64,000 nucleotides of DNA from positions 165,573 to 229,572 of the forward strand of contig CAVSTF010000016.1 of assembly GCA_963730785.1 (NCBI GenBank), in the 5' to 3' direction. Origin of the DNA: an uncultured Acidimicrobiaceae bacterium (GTDB lineage: Bacteria > Actinomycetota > Acidimicrobiia > Acidimicrobiales > RAAP-2). The position numbers and the translations under genes were made by a program. Below the pieces are notes generated by a model, which was not told the origin of the DNA, did not search any database, and was given only the letters and a program-made list of their open reading frames with translations. Positions 26,894-35,579 of the stretch are shown in pieces (position 1 is the first letter of the stretch; each line of letters opens with the position of its first letter).

Positions 26894-27907
26894 TTAGTAC
26901 TTGCCAGCTGCGATGTCGCTCAGCGTCACCCGGGTCACCTGATAGTTGACGGTGGCGGCCGGAGGTTGGCCCGGAGTTCCACCCGTGAACGATACGGGGA
27001 TACCGGTGGTCGCATTGATCGTTAGTTGCTCGGCGTAGCCGGGCCCCACTTCGTTGGCGCCAGAGGCCAGTATCAGAGTCGGCTGCCCAGCCGAGGTGCC
27101 GGTCGTGACGGTCACGTCGGGAAGTGTGGCGAGGATGCGCAAGACGCCGGCACGGACTTGCGGATCCCCCGAACCGGCGATGATCGCGTCCTGTGAGTCT
27201 TCCCAGACCCAATTGTCGAACAGATTCCCGCCTTGGAGTTGCCCGGTAGCCGCCTCTTTGGCCGCAATCGCTGCGCTGTTGGCGGTCTGGTTGGGACTGA
27301 TCACGTGGCTCGGATCGGGCGCGTCAGCCATGTCTTGGGCCGCCACCTCCACATTGCCGGTGGCAGCCAGCTTGGCTGCCGCAACCTCGCGGGCAAAGAG
27401 CCCCCCGGCGACGTTGTGCTGTGAACTGACTTGTCCGGCGAGGCCGCTTTCTGTCGGCGAGAAAAAGTACTGACCATTGTCGCCGTAGAGGTCATACACG
27501 GTCACGCTCGAACCGTCTGTGTCGGTGGTGGTCCGAGCCACGAGGGCTGCGTCACCGGCCGGAGCGGCGGATGCGCTGACAAAGTCGGCCAGGCGGACCA
27601 GAGGAGACGCCAAATGGGCCGAAGGTACATGGGCCTGTGGTGACTGCCCGGGCGATGTCGCAATCAGCGCGACAGCAGCCACAGCTGCGGCCACTCCGGC
27701 CGCGACTTCGCCACGGATAACCATCTTGCGCCAACGCGCTCTTGGGTGATGCGCAAGCTCCAACACTTCTGGGGCACGTTCCACGACGATGGCCGCGTGC
27801 AACACGGTGCGTGCCTGCGCAAACGCTTCATCGGGCAATTTATCTACATCGCCCAGGCGGCCAACCAGTTCCATTTCGTCAATGTTGCTCATGTTGTGTC
27901 CTTTCAT
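26894..27907 (-). CDS. putative anti-sigma factor (single-pass membrane protein with large extracytoplasmic domain)
   Basis: ATGA overlap with the upstream ECF sigma gene. Short cytoplasmic N-terminus, TM helix VAAGVAAAVAAVALIAT, then ~250 aa Ala/Gly/Thr-rich extracellular region. Confidence 0.6.
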   Translation of the reverse strand: MKGHNMSNIDEMELVGRLGDVDKLPDEAFAQARTVLHAAIVVERAPEVLELAHHPRARWRKMVIRGEVAAGVAAAVAAVALIATSPGQSPQAHVPSAHLASPLVRLADFVSASAAPAGDAALVARTTTDTDGSSVTVYDLYGDNGQYFFSPTESGLAGQVSSQHNVAGGLFAREVAAAKLAATGNVEVAAQDMADAPDPSHVISPNQTANSAAIAAKEAATGQLQGGNLFDNWVWEDSQDAIIAGSGDPQVRAGVLRILATLPDVTVTTGTSAGQPTLILASGANEVGPGYAEQLTINATTGIPVSFTGGTPGQPPAATVNYQVTRVTLSDIAAGKY

Positions 27908-28473
27908 TTCGATTGCTTTGCAATGTGCGAGTCGTTGAAAAGGTCAGCCACCCCTGGTGCGTTTCGCAGGGTTTGGCGGGCTTGGTGCAGATATCGGTAC
28001 GCACTCCCCGACGGGATGCCGAGGGCACGAGCAGCTTCGGCAGTGCTGAGTCCCTCCCACACCATGAGGGTCAACACTTCACGCTCGGCTGGCCGTAGTC
28101 CCATGAGTGCAGTCCGCAACGCCGAGGCACCGTCAATCCGCTCATCCACCCCTGGCCATGGGTCCCATCCGCCCTCGAAATCGGCCATGTCGGGTAGCGG
28201 ATCCTCAGCTGGCCGATTCCGCCAATGACGGCGCAGTGTGTTTCGTGCCACTCCGAACAGCCAGGGTCGAGCGTCGGGAAATGAGCGGTCATACGAGCTC
28301 CGGGATCCGAAGGCGGCCAACCACACTTCGCTGAGGATGTCCTTGGCCAAATCCGCACCGACCCGACGGGTTAGATATGCGCCTATTGCCACCTCATGGC
28401 GACGGACCACGTCGACGAAGGCCTCTGCGTCGCCAGCCAGCGACCAGCCGATCAACTCCGCATCTGTCGTCAC
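27904..28473 (-). CDS. ECF (sigma-70 family group IV) RNA polymerase sigma factor
   Basis: Region 2 (DILSEVWLAAF...) and region 4 (EREVLTLMVWEGLSTAEAARALGIPSGSAYRYLHQARQTLR) are present. Confidence 0.85.
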   Translation of the reverse strand: MTTDAELIGWSLAGDAEAFVDVVRRHEVAIGAYLTRRVGADLAKDILSEVWLAAFGSRSSYDRSFPDARPWLFGVARNTLRRHWRNRPAEDPLPDMADFEGGWDPWPGVDERIDGASALRTALMGLRPAEREVLTLMVWEGLSTAEAARALGIPSGSAYRYLHQARQTLRNAPGVADLFNDSHIAKQSK

Positions 28474-28717
28474 AATCCTCCTCGACCTTTCGTCGCCCTA
28501 CACCATGTACTTGCCAAACGGCTCCCCAATCCCTTCGGAGGTGTTTTGGTGTGAACAGGACATAGCGTCTGACGAGCGATGGGCCTGACGATCATGTGCC
28601 GGCGCGGGATGGGCTATCAAGGTCAATAGTTCGTCGAGTTCCTCTGGTCGTGATTGCCGTACGTGCCATAGAACGCTGCTCGAAGGTCATGCGTGTCCTT
28701 GAATCGAGCGCGATGAT

Positions 28718-28915
28718 GTGTTCGTGACAGCCAGTCCTGGGGCGTGGACGGAGGTGGGACTGGGAGTGTTGCTGCTTGTCCTCGCCCCGTTGAAGTTCGA
28801 CTCATGGCCATTGGGCGAGCGCACCATGTCGCCTCTTCACAAAAAGGTAAGCACCATCATTGGGGTGATCGTGGGAGCGGCGTTCGTTGTCGTAGGGCTC
28901 TACCGAATCCTCTAG
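28718..28915 (+). CDS. small predicted membrane protein (65 aa)
   Basis: Two hydrophobic segments. Real start may be the internal Met (MSPLHKK...). Confidence 0.35.
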   Translation: MFVTASPGAWTEVGLGVLLLVLAPLKFDSWPLGERTMSPLHKKVSTIIGVIVGAAFVVVGLYRIL

Positions 28916-28957
28916 TCGACTCCGGGACGATATGGCCCGGTTGAGTAACTTCGTGAC

Positions 28958-29332
28958 ATGACCAGTCAACTTGCAAGTATCTGCATTGACGCCGCCGACC
29001 CATTGTCGGTTGCCAACTTTTGGTGCACGGTCTTGGGCTGGGAGATCACCGACGAACTTGAGTGGGGAGTGAGTATCGCCCCCGTTGACAGGCATTGGCC
29101 AACTATTGACGTGGTCGCCGTGACGGATGCCAAGTTTCACAAAAATCGTCTGCATCTAGATCTTCGGGCTGACGGAATCAGCACGAGCGAGGAGCTCGAG
29201 CGCCTATTGGGTTTGGGGGCCACTCACGTCGACATCGGCCAATCCCCTGAGGCGGGCTGGGTGGTACTCGCCGATCCGGAGGGAAATGAATTCTGCCTAC
29301 TTTCAGCCTCGGTCCAGGAACTCGCCCAATAA
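28958..29332 (+). CDS. VOC (glyoxalase/bleomycin-resistance/dioxygenase) family protein
   Basis: 124 aa, ICIDAADPLSVANFWCTVLGWEI. Confidence 0.8.
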   Translation: MTSQLASICIDAADPLSVANFWCTVLGWEITDELEWGVSIAPVDRHWPTIDVVAVTDAKFHKNRLHLDLRADGISTSEELERLLGLGATHVDIGQSPEAGWVVLADPEGNEFCLLSASVQELAQ

Positions 29333-29472
29333 GAACACCATAAGAGGGCACGTCCACCCCTGTGTGGCACCAAGGACCCATACCTGAGCTAACTTCCCTC
29401 GGAAACTAACGGCGCCTATTTCGAGTCGCCTCAAGTCCGGTCGGGCTTGGCATACCTCCCTTCTTAAAGGAT

Positions 29473-30714
29473 GTGTTCGTGAGAAAGCTGAACCTAAAAG
29501 TCATTGCCGTGGCAGGAATTGGGGCCACTCTTGTCGCGTTGGTTTCGCCCGTCGTCGCCGGAGCGACTGTCGCGAGCGTCTCCGCAGCGTCCAAACCGAC
29601 GACCAGCGTGTTGGTACCAGTAGCCGCAGCCAAGGCGGCGGGATTCACCACCGCCGTCGACGCCCCCACTGCCTCAACGAGTACCGGTGTGACGGGATGC
29701 CCAGATGGAGCCCAAGAGGAATACGCCGCCACGACTGGAAACCTCCAGTTGCTGTCTGAAGTGCTCTTCTGCAATTCAGTCGCAGATGCGTCCACACTCT
29801 TGAAGAGTGTGAAGTCCAACGGCAAAGCACTGCCAGGAATGAGCCCTCCGAAGGCACTCGGTTCGACCGCCGTCGAACGACTGGGTTCAAACTCGACCTA
29901 TCTCATCGCCTGGCGCCGTGGCTCGGCCTTCGAGCTGACTGGAATTTCCACGGGCGCTCCGGCCAGTTCGACCAGCACCACGACAACGGCGACTCCGGTT
30001 CCGCTGACCGCCAGTGGCCAGCAAGCGTTGGCGAAGGCAGCCACTGAGCAGAATTCGAGATTCACCAGTGTCAAGGTTTCCTCGGGATCGACTGGGTCAA
30101 AGGCCAATACGAAGGCACAGGCAACCGCCAACGCTGCTGCAGTCGCGGCGGGCTGCCCGAAGAGTCCGGCCACTGTGTTGAAGAAGTCCAAATGGAGCAG
30201 CGCTCCGGCCATGACCATCAATGCAGCCAAGACCTACACGGCGACCGTGAAAACCGACTTGGGGACGTTCGTGATTGCCCTCGATGCGAAGGATGACCCC
30301 ATTACGGTCAACAACTTTGTCTTCCTGGCTCAACACAAGTTTTTCGACTGCGTGATTTTCCATCGGGTCATCCCCGGCTTCGTAGACCAGACGGGAGACC
30401 CCACAGGGACGGGAAGTGGCGGCCCGGGCTACACGATCGCCGATGAGCTACCCGCCAAGGCAGCGAATGCTGCCGATCAGTACCCACTCGGATCGGTGGC
30501 CATGGCCAACACGGGTCAGCCGCACACCGGGGGAAGCCAGTGGTTCGTGATTGCCGGTACGCAAGGCGAGTCACTTGCCAACTCATACTCCCTATTCGGG
30601 CATGTGACCTCAGGCATGAGCGTGGTGAAGAAGATCAACGCGCAAGGCAGTGCTTCGGGCGTTCCTCCCGACGTCACCCACCGCATGCTTAAGGTCACGA
30701 TTACCTCGTCATAG
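29473..30714 (+). CDS. secreted cyclophilin-type peptidyl-prolyl isomerase with ~230 aa N-terminal domain of unknown function
   Basis: Signal/TM N-terminus. C-terminal HRVIPGFVDQTGDPTGTGSGGPGY...WFV is cyclophilin. Confidence 0.85.
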   Translation: MFVRKLNLKVIAVAGIGATLVALVSPVVAGATVASVSAASKPTTSVLVPVAAAKAAGFTTAVDAPTASTSTGVTGCPDGAQEEYAATTGNLQLLSEVLFCNSVADASTLLKSVKSNGKALPGMSPPKALGSTAVERLGSNSTYLIAWRRGSAFELTGISTGAPASSTSTTTTATPVPLTASGQQALAKAATEQNSRFTSVKVSSGSTGSKANTKAQATANAAAVAAGCPKSPATVLKKSKWSSAPAMTINAAKTYTATVKTDLGTFVIALDAKDDPITVNNFVFLAQHKFFDCVIFHRVIPGFVDQTGDPTGTGSGGPGYTIADELPAKAANAADQYPLGSVAMANTGQPHTGGSQWFVIAGTQGESLANSYSLFGHVTSGMSVVKKINAQGSASGVPPDVTHRMLKVTITSS

Positions 30715-31001
30715 TGAAGAGGACGGCCGGGGTGTCGTCTCAGTTCATGGTTCGATTCCTCGTCTGGTCCGGTGTCATGCTGATGGCAGCTGGTGTCTCG
30801 GTCATATTCATTTTCATTGGTGGTGTGACCAACTGTTCATCTGAAAGTTCGGCGGCGATTGCAGCCTGTCAACACCATGATCTGGCATTGCACGCCGGCT
30901 TTGGCGTCCTGGCCTCTGGAGCGGTCCTGATCTTCTCGGGGGCAGTTGCCGCGATCAGAAGAGACGCCCGGGCCCGAAAGGGGTTAGGCGCTACCTCCTG
31001 A
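30714..31001 (+). CDS. small two-TM membrane protein
   Basis: GTG start overlaps the upstream TAG. Two hydrophobic helices. Confidence 0.45.
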   Translation: MKRTAGVSSQFMVRFLVWSGVMLMAAGVSVIFIFIGGVTNCSSESSAAIAACQHHDLALHAGFGVLASGAVLIFSGAVAAIRRDARARKGLGATS

Positions 31002-31002
31002 G

Positions 31003-31284
31003 GTGCGTGCTCCGGAAACACGAGGCGCGTGCAGCCATTACATTCGGAGTTGCAGTACACGAGGAGCGATGCCGATGGAAGATCAGCTGGATCAGGACAT
31101 AATCGGGAAGGTGGGTCGGGTCACGCTCGGCATCACTCCTGACCATGCCGGTGAGGTGGTCCTGGCCATCAGAGGAGGAACCGAGGCCTTCGCTGCCTTG
31201 TGCGATGAGCCGGTGGCAAAGAACACCCGTGTAGTTGTCATCGAATGCCTCACAGGACGTACCGTCTCGGTGACGCCTTGCTGA
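31003..31284 (+). CDS. NfeD-like short protein (OB-fold C-terminal domain; YuaF-like partner of flotillin)
   Basis: GKVGRVTLGITPDHAGEVVLAIRGGTEAFAALCDEP...VVVIECLTGRTVSV resembles the NfeD beta-barrel. Lies directly upstream of flotillin. Confidence 0.6.
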   Translation: MRAPETRGACSHYIRSCSTRGAMPMEDQLDQDIIGKVGRVTLGITPDHAGEVVLAIRGGTEAFAALCDEPVAKNTRVVVIECLTGRTVSVTPC

Positions 31285-31298
31285 CCGAGGAGGTCTAA

Positions 31299-32702
31299 AT
31301 GCTTTTTTGGCATGTTCCCGCTCCCAATGAAGCGCTGCTGATTTCAGGCTCGCGCCGCAAAGAGCAAGACACTCAATTTCGGATAGTGACCGGACACGGG
31401 TGCTTCGTCCTCCCGATTAAGCAGAAGGCTCGTTTTCTTTCGCTTTCACTTCAAGAGGCCGAGATTGCCGAGGACTGCATCACGACCCAGGGCATTCGAC
31501 TGCACATCCGGGCGATTGCGGCCTTCAAGATCGGGGATGACTCCGCCTCCATTGCCAATGCAGCAAGGCGATTTCTCTCCGAGCAGAACAACATGGAGGA
31601 GTTGGTTGGCCGCATTTTTGCCGGTCACCTGCGGTCCATCATCGGCAGCCTGACGGTTGAAGAGATCATCCGCGAGCGTGATCGTCTGTCCCAGGAAGTC
31701 AAAGAGGGCAGTCACGGCGAGATGGAAAAGCTCGGCATCGTCGTCGATTCTCTTCAGATCCAGGAGATTGAGGATTCAACGGGCTACATCAACAACATCG
31801 CAGCACCCTTCGCGGCTGCAGTCGCCAGCCAGGCCCGCATTGCCAGTGCGCATGCTGACCAGGCCGCGACGCAGCAGGAGCAGGCCGCTCAAGCCCTTAA
31901 GGCTGAGTACGAGCGGGATACCGCCATCAAGACGGCAGGCTTCACCGCTGAAACCGAGCAGGCAAGAGCTGCGGCCTCGCAGGCCGGACCCCTTGCCGTG
32001 GCCAAGGCCACCCAAGACGTGATCGCTCAGCAGACCGTTTTGGCCGAGAGAGCCGCTGATCTCAAAGAGAAGCAGCTCGAGGCCGAAGTGCGTCGCCCAG
32101 CTGACGCCGAGGCCTATCGGACTAGAACTGAAGCCGACGCCAATCGGGACCGAGTCAAGGCAGAGACCGACGCCGAGGCTTTTCGGCAGCGCACAATCGC
32201 CGAAGCGGCTCGAGACACCGTCAACTTCCAGACGGAAGCCGAGGCCAATCGGCAGCGCAAGCTAGCCGAGGCAGGAGCCGATGCCAAGAAGGTAGAGGCT
32301 GAAGCTGATGCGGCAGCCAAAAAGCATGAGGCCGATGGTGACGCATATGCACAGAAGACAGTCGCCGAAGCTGAGGCCAAGGCGATCAACATGCGAGCCG
32401 ACGCACTTTCCGAAGGAAATCAAGCTCTCATCGCCGCTAACAAGCTGATCGAGATGTTGCCCGAACTCGTGGGCGCAGCGGCCGAAGGGATCAAGGGATC
32501 CACGCTCACTGTCCTCAATGGCTCTGAAGGTGTCAACGAAGTCCTGACCGGCGTTGTCGCCCAGGGCCTCACGATTTACGACACCCTGCGCAAAGCCGTT
32601 GGAGAGTCCAGCGCCTCAGCGAGCCCGGAGGTCGCCAGTGGTGACCCGTCGGCAGACGGGTCGGCGAAGACGTCCAGTCCAAATGGCAGGGCGAACAGTT
32701 AA
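31299..32702 (+). CDS. flotillin-like SPFH/band-7 protein (FloT/YuaG-like)
   Basis: N-terminal membrane-proximal SPFH domain followed by long EA/AEA-repeat coiled-coil (flotillin domain). Confidence 0.85.
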   Translation: MLFWHVPAPNEALLISGSRRKEQDTQFRIVTGHGCFVLPIKQKARFLSLSLQEAEIAEDCITTQGIRLHIRAIAAFKIGDDSASIANAARRFLSEQNNMEELVGRIFAGHLRSIIGSLTVEEIIRERDRLSQEVKEGSHGEMEKLGIVVDSLQIQEIEDSTGYINNIAAPFAAAVASQARIASAHADQAATQQEQAAQALKAEYERDTAIKTAGFTAETEQARAAASQAGPLAVAKATQDVIAQQTVLAERAADLKEKQLEAEVRRPADAEAYRTRTEADANRDRVKAETDAEAFRQRTIAEAARDTVNFQTEAEANRQRKLAEAGADAKKVEAEADAAAKKHEADGDAYAQKTVAEAEAKAINMRADALSEGNQALIAANKLIEMLPELVGAAAEGIKGSTLTVLNGSEGVNEVLTGVVAQGLTIYDTLRKAVGESSASASPEVASGDPSADGSAKTSSPNGRANS

Positions 32703-32713
32703 TTTCAGAGGCC

Positions 32714-33040
32714 ATGCCTGAAGCATCAGCCGATCTCAAGGAAACACCGAGGCATACCCACAATGCTCAGGCCTTGATCGCCTTGTGGTCTGCCGTAGGG
32801 GCTGTCGTATTGCTCCTGATGTTTGTACAGATCCGAGGTCGAGTGCTCCTTCTCGCCGTGCCAACCGCCGGACTCAACGCCACCATTTACGGAGTGATCG
32901 GATTCGTGAAGTCCGGTGGAGCCGAAAAGGGTCGACTGGAGTCACTCATCGGACTGACGGTGGGAATCATCATCCTGCTCACGGCGAGCGCAATAGGACT
33001 TCTCGTGTGGGCCCTCGGCCGGGCAAACTGGCAGTTCTAG
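32714..33040 (+). CDS. small three-TM membrane protein
   Basis: 108 aa with three hydrophobic segments, 12 nt after the flotillin stop. Confidence 0.45.
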   Translation: MPEASADLKETPRHTHNAQALIALWSAVGAVVLLLMFVQIRGRVLLLAVPTAGLNATIYGVIGFVKSGGAEKGRLESLIGLTVGIIILLTASAIGLLVWALGRANWQF

Positions 33041-33058
33041 TCGGGAGGGTCTTTCCCA

Positions 33059-33655
33059 ATGCCAGATCCCACCAAGCTGTTCATCGCCATCGCAAGTTAT
33101 GACCACGACGCTGCCATCAGGCTGCTCACCTCGCAGCCCTCACTGGTCACGGACGGCCTGGCACGCCAGGACGAATTCTTCCTCGCCGAGCAGTCGGCCC
33201 AGGTCTACCAAGGTGACACGGCGTTGCATGCTGCCGGATTTAGCTATGACACTGAAATGGCTCGAGAACTGGTGGCCCGAGGTGCCAGCGTGCGGGCCAA
33301 AAACAGACGGGGAGCAGAGCCGCTTCATGCGGCGATGATCGGCGGCCCGGGCTCGGCCAGTTGGGACCCGCACCGCCAGTCTGAGGTGATTGCGTATCTC
33401 ATTGAGGCTGGCGCTGATCCCAATGCGACCGCCGCCGGGGGCGTGACGCCCCTGCATCGCGCGGTTCGAAATCGTTGCTCGAACGCGGTCGAGACACTTC
33501 TTCGACTGGGTGCCGACTCCGGACTGGAAAATGACAGTGGCTCGACCGCCATAGACCTGGCCCATTGGACCACCGGCCGTGGAGGAACTGGCTCGGCCGA
33601 GGCGAAGGCTGAGCAACAGGTGATCCTCACATTGCTCCAGCCCAACCATGAGTGA
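33059..33655 (+). CDS. ankyrin-repeat protein
   Basis: Repeats GDTALHAAGFSYDTEMARELVARGASVRAKN, GAEPLHAAM..., GVTPLHRAVRNRCSNAVETLLRLGADSGLEND, GSTAIDLA. Confidence 0.8.
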   Translation: MPDPTKLFIAIASYDHDAAIRLLTSQPSLVTDGLARQDEFFLAEQSAQVYQGDTALHAAGFSYDTEMARELVARGASVRAKNRRGAEPLHAAMIGGPGSASWDPHRQSEVIAYLIEAGADPNATAAGGVTPLHRAVRNRCSNAVETLLRLGADSGLENDSGSTAIDLAHWTTGRGGTGSAEAKAEQQVILTLLQPNHE

Positions 33656-34049
33656 TACCCACAAAGCGGCCATCGAAGCACATTGGCTGGCCTCAGAACG
33701 GGGCGATATCGCTGTCGAGCACGCCATCTATGACCGGGACGCTGTTCTCGACTACCCCCAATCGGGTGAACGATTTCGAGGTCGAGAAGCGATCGCAGCC
33801 CAACGTGGCGAACATCCGGCCAGTCGACACTTCACCGTGCTGCGGATCTCTGGCGGTGAAGAGCTGTGGATCAGTGAATGCATTATTTCGTACGACGGGA
33901 ATCCGACCTATTCCGTCAGCATCATGGAATTCGACCAGCAACACGTCGTGCATGAGACGCAATACTTCGCCGATCCTTTCGGCGCTCCGGCGTGGCGGAG
34001 AGCATTGGCGGAACCGATGCCGGGCCGGGACATAGCGAGATTGATCTAA
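33648..34049 (+). CDS. NTF2-like (SnoaL/ketosteroid-isomerase-like) protein
   Basis: 133 aa. ATGA overlap with the ankyrin gene. AIEAHWLASERGDIAVEHAIYDRDAVLDYP. Confidence 0.7.
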   Translation: MSDTHKAAIEAHWLASERGDIAVEHAIYDRDAVLDYPQSGERFRGREAIAAQRGEHPASRHFTVLRISGGEELWISECIISYDGNPTYSVSIMEFDQQHVVHETQYFADPFGAPAWRRALAEPMPGRDIARLI

Positions 34050-34064
34050 CCCGACCCGCAATGC

Positions 34065-34709
34065 ATGGCGGGTTCGTCAATCCCCCGAGCGGCTGATCCA
34101 ATGCTCCAAAACAGTGGTGCTCCAGGCGCCCATCACTCATCTCATCCCGGTTGTGGATTTCGCCATGACTCACAGTTTGCATCTATGACAAGCTCCCCTG
34201 GAGCGGCAATACGAGTTGCCCTACGGAGAGGAGCCCGTGTGAACACCGCAGCAAATGCCGATGACATTTCATCCCTACCTCAAGCGGATCAAGACGCCAT
34301 TGCCACCACCCTTATCTCGCTGATGACCGGGTTCCGCGAGCGTGACGCCGAAAAGCTGGTGGGCATCTACACCGCGGATGCTGATTGGGTGAACGCCTTC
34401 GGCACGGTCAAGAAGGGCGGGGACGAAATCGTCGAGTACCTGCGCGGTCTTTTTTCGGACAACAACTTCAATGCTGGTGCCCTTAAGGCTCCTCCCGAGA
34501 CCGCACTCCGAGTCCTAACGCCCGAGGTCGTGCTCGTCTCGGCCCACTTACAGGTCGAGGGGCAGAAACTCGTTGGCGGTGGCGAAATTGAGGTGCGGGA
34601 CAACCACTCGCTTCGGGTACTCCAACGCCAGTCCGATGGTTCGTGGCTCATTGTCTCGGAAATGTATAACGACGCCAACCGGGATCAGACGTACGAGGGC
34701 GCCTCCTGA
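34065..34709 (+). CDS. NTF2-like protein (SgcJ/EcaC, DUF4440-type)
   Basis: LISLMTGFRERDAEKLVGIYTADADWVNAFGT...WLIVSEMYN. Real start is probably an internal Met. Confidence 0.65.
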   Translation: MAGSSIPRAADPMLQNSGAPGAHHSSHPGCGFRHDSQFASMTSSPGAAIRVALRRGARVNTAANADDISSLPQADQDAIATTLISLMTGFRERDAEKLVGIYTADADWVNAFGTVKKGGDEIVEYLRGLFSDNNFNAGALKAPPETALRVLTPEVVLVSAHLQVEGQKLVGGGEIEVRDNHSLRVLQRQSDGSWLIVSEMYNDANRDQTYEGAS

Positions 34710-34721
34710 GAAGATGACAGC

Positions 34722-35573
34722 GTGGCCCACGTCCTGATCCCACTCCCTGAACGGGACTTTGACCCGACAGAAGTGGCGGTGAGTTGGCAGGTCCTCTCTG
34801 ACTTGGGTCACACCGTGTCCTTTTCCACGCCTCACGGGGCACCGGCCCAGGGTGACGAGCTCATGGTCAGCGGTCGTGGGCTAGATCCGTGGGGCTTCAT
34901 CCCGGGCCTCTCGCGTCTGGTCGGCGTCGGCCGTGTCCTGCGGGCCAATGGCGCAGCCCGGACGGCCTACGGCGAGCTGGTGGGGGCGACGGAATTCCTC
35001 CAGCCGCGGCGATGGTCGGAGATCAACCTCAATGATTTCGACGGACTCCTATTGCCAGGTGGTCATCGGGCTCGCGGCATGCGCCAGTACCTGGAGAGTC
35101 CCATCCTCCAGGAGGTGACGGTCAGTGCCTTCGCCCGGGACATGCCCGTCGCCGCCGTGTGTCACGGGGTCTTGTTGGCCGCTCGGAGCATTGATCCGAA
35201 TACCGGTCGTTCCGTCCTCTACGGCCGGCGCACCACCGCGCTCACCTGGTCGTTGGAGCACCGGGCGTGGACAGTGGCTCGGATCACCCGGTTCTGGGAT
35301 CGCAATTACTACCGCACCTACACCGAAGGTTCGGGCCAACCGCCGGGCTACATGTCGGTACAACGAGAGGTGACTCGAGCGCTGGCTGCACCTGATGATT
35401 TCCTCGATGTGACTTCAGAAATGCCTTTTGCGGCACTCAAGTCCAGTGGCCGAGCCAGGGACACCATGGAGGACGAGCGGCCTGCCTTCGTGGTCGAGGA
35501 TGGGCGTTACATCTCGGCGCGGTGGCCCGGCGATATCCACACCTTCGCCCGGAGGTTCAGCTCGATGCTGTAG
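34722..35573 (+). CDS. DJ-1/PfpI (class I glutamine amidotransferase-like) family protein
   Basis: MAHVLIPLPERDFDPTEVAVSW...LLPGGHRA...AAVCHGV with the nucleophile-elbow Cys context. Confidence 0.75.
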   Translation: MAHVLIPLPERDFDPTEVAVSWQVLSDLGHTVSFSTPHGAPAQGDELMVSGRGLDPWGFIPGLSRLVGVGRVLRANGAARTAYGELVGATEFLQPRRWSEINLNDFDGLLLPGGHRARGMRQYLESPILQEVTVSAFARDMPVAAVCHGVLLAARSIDPNTGRSVLYGRRTTALTWSLEHRAWTVARITRFWDRNYYRTYTEGSGQPPGYMSVQREVTRALAAPDDFLDVTSEMPFAALKSSGRARDTMEDERPAFVVEDGRYISARWPGDIHTFARRFSSML

Positions 35574-35579
35574 TCAGCG

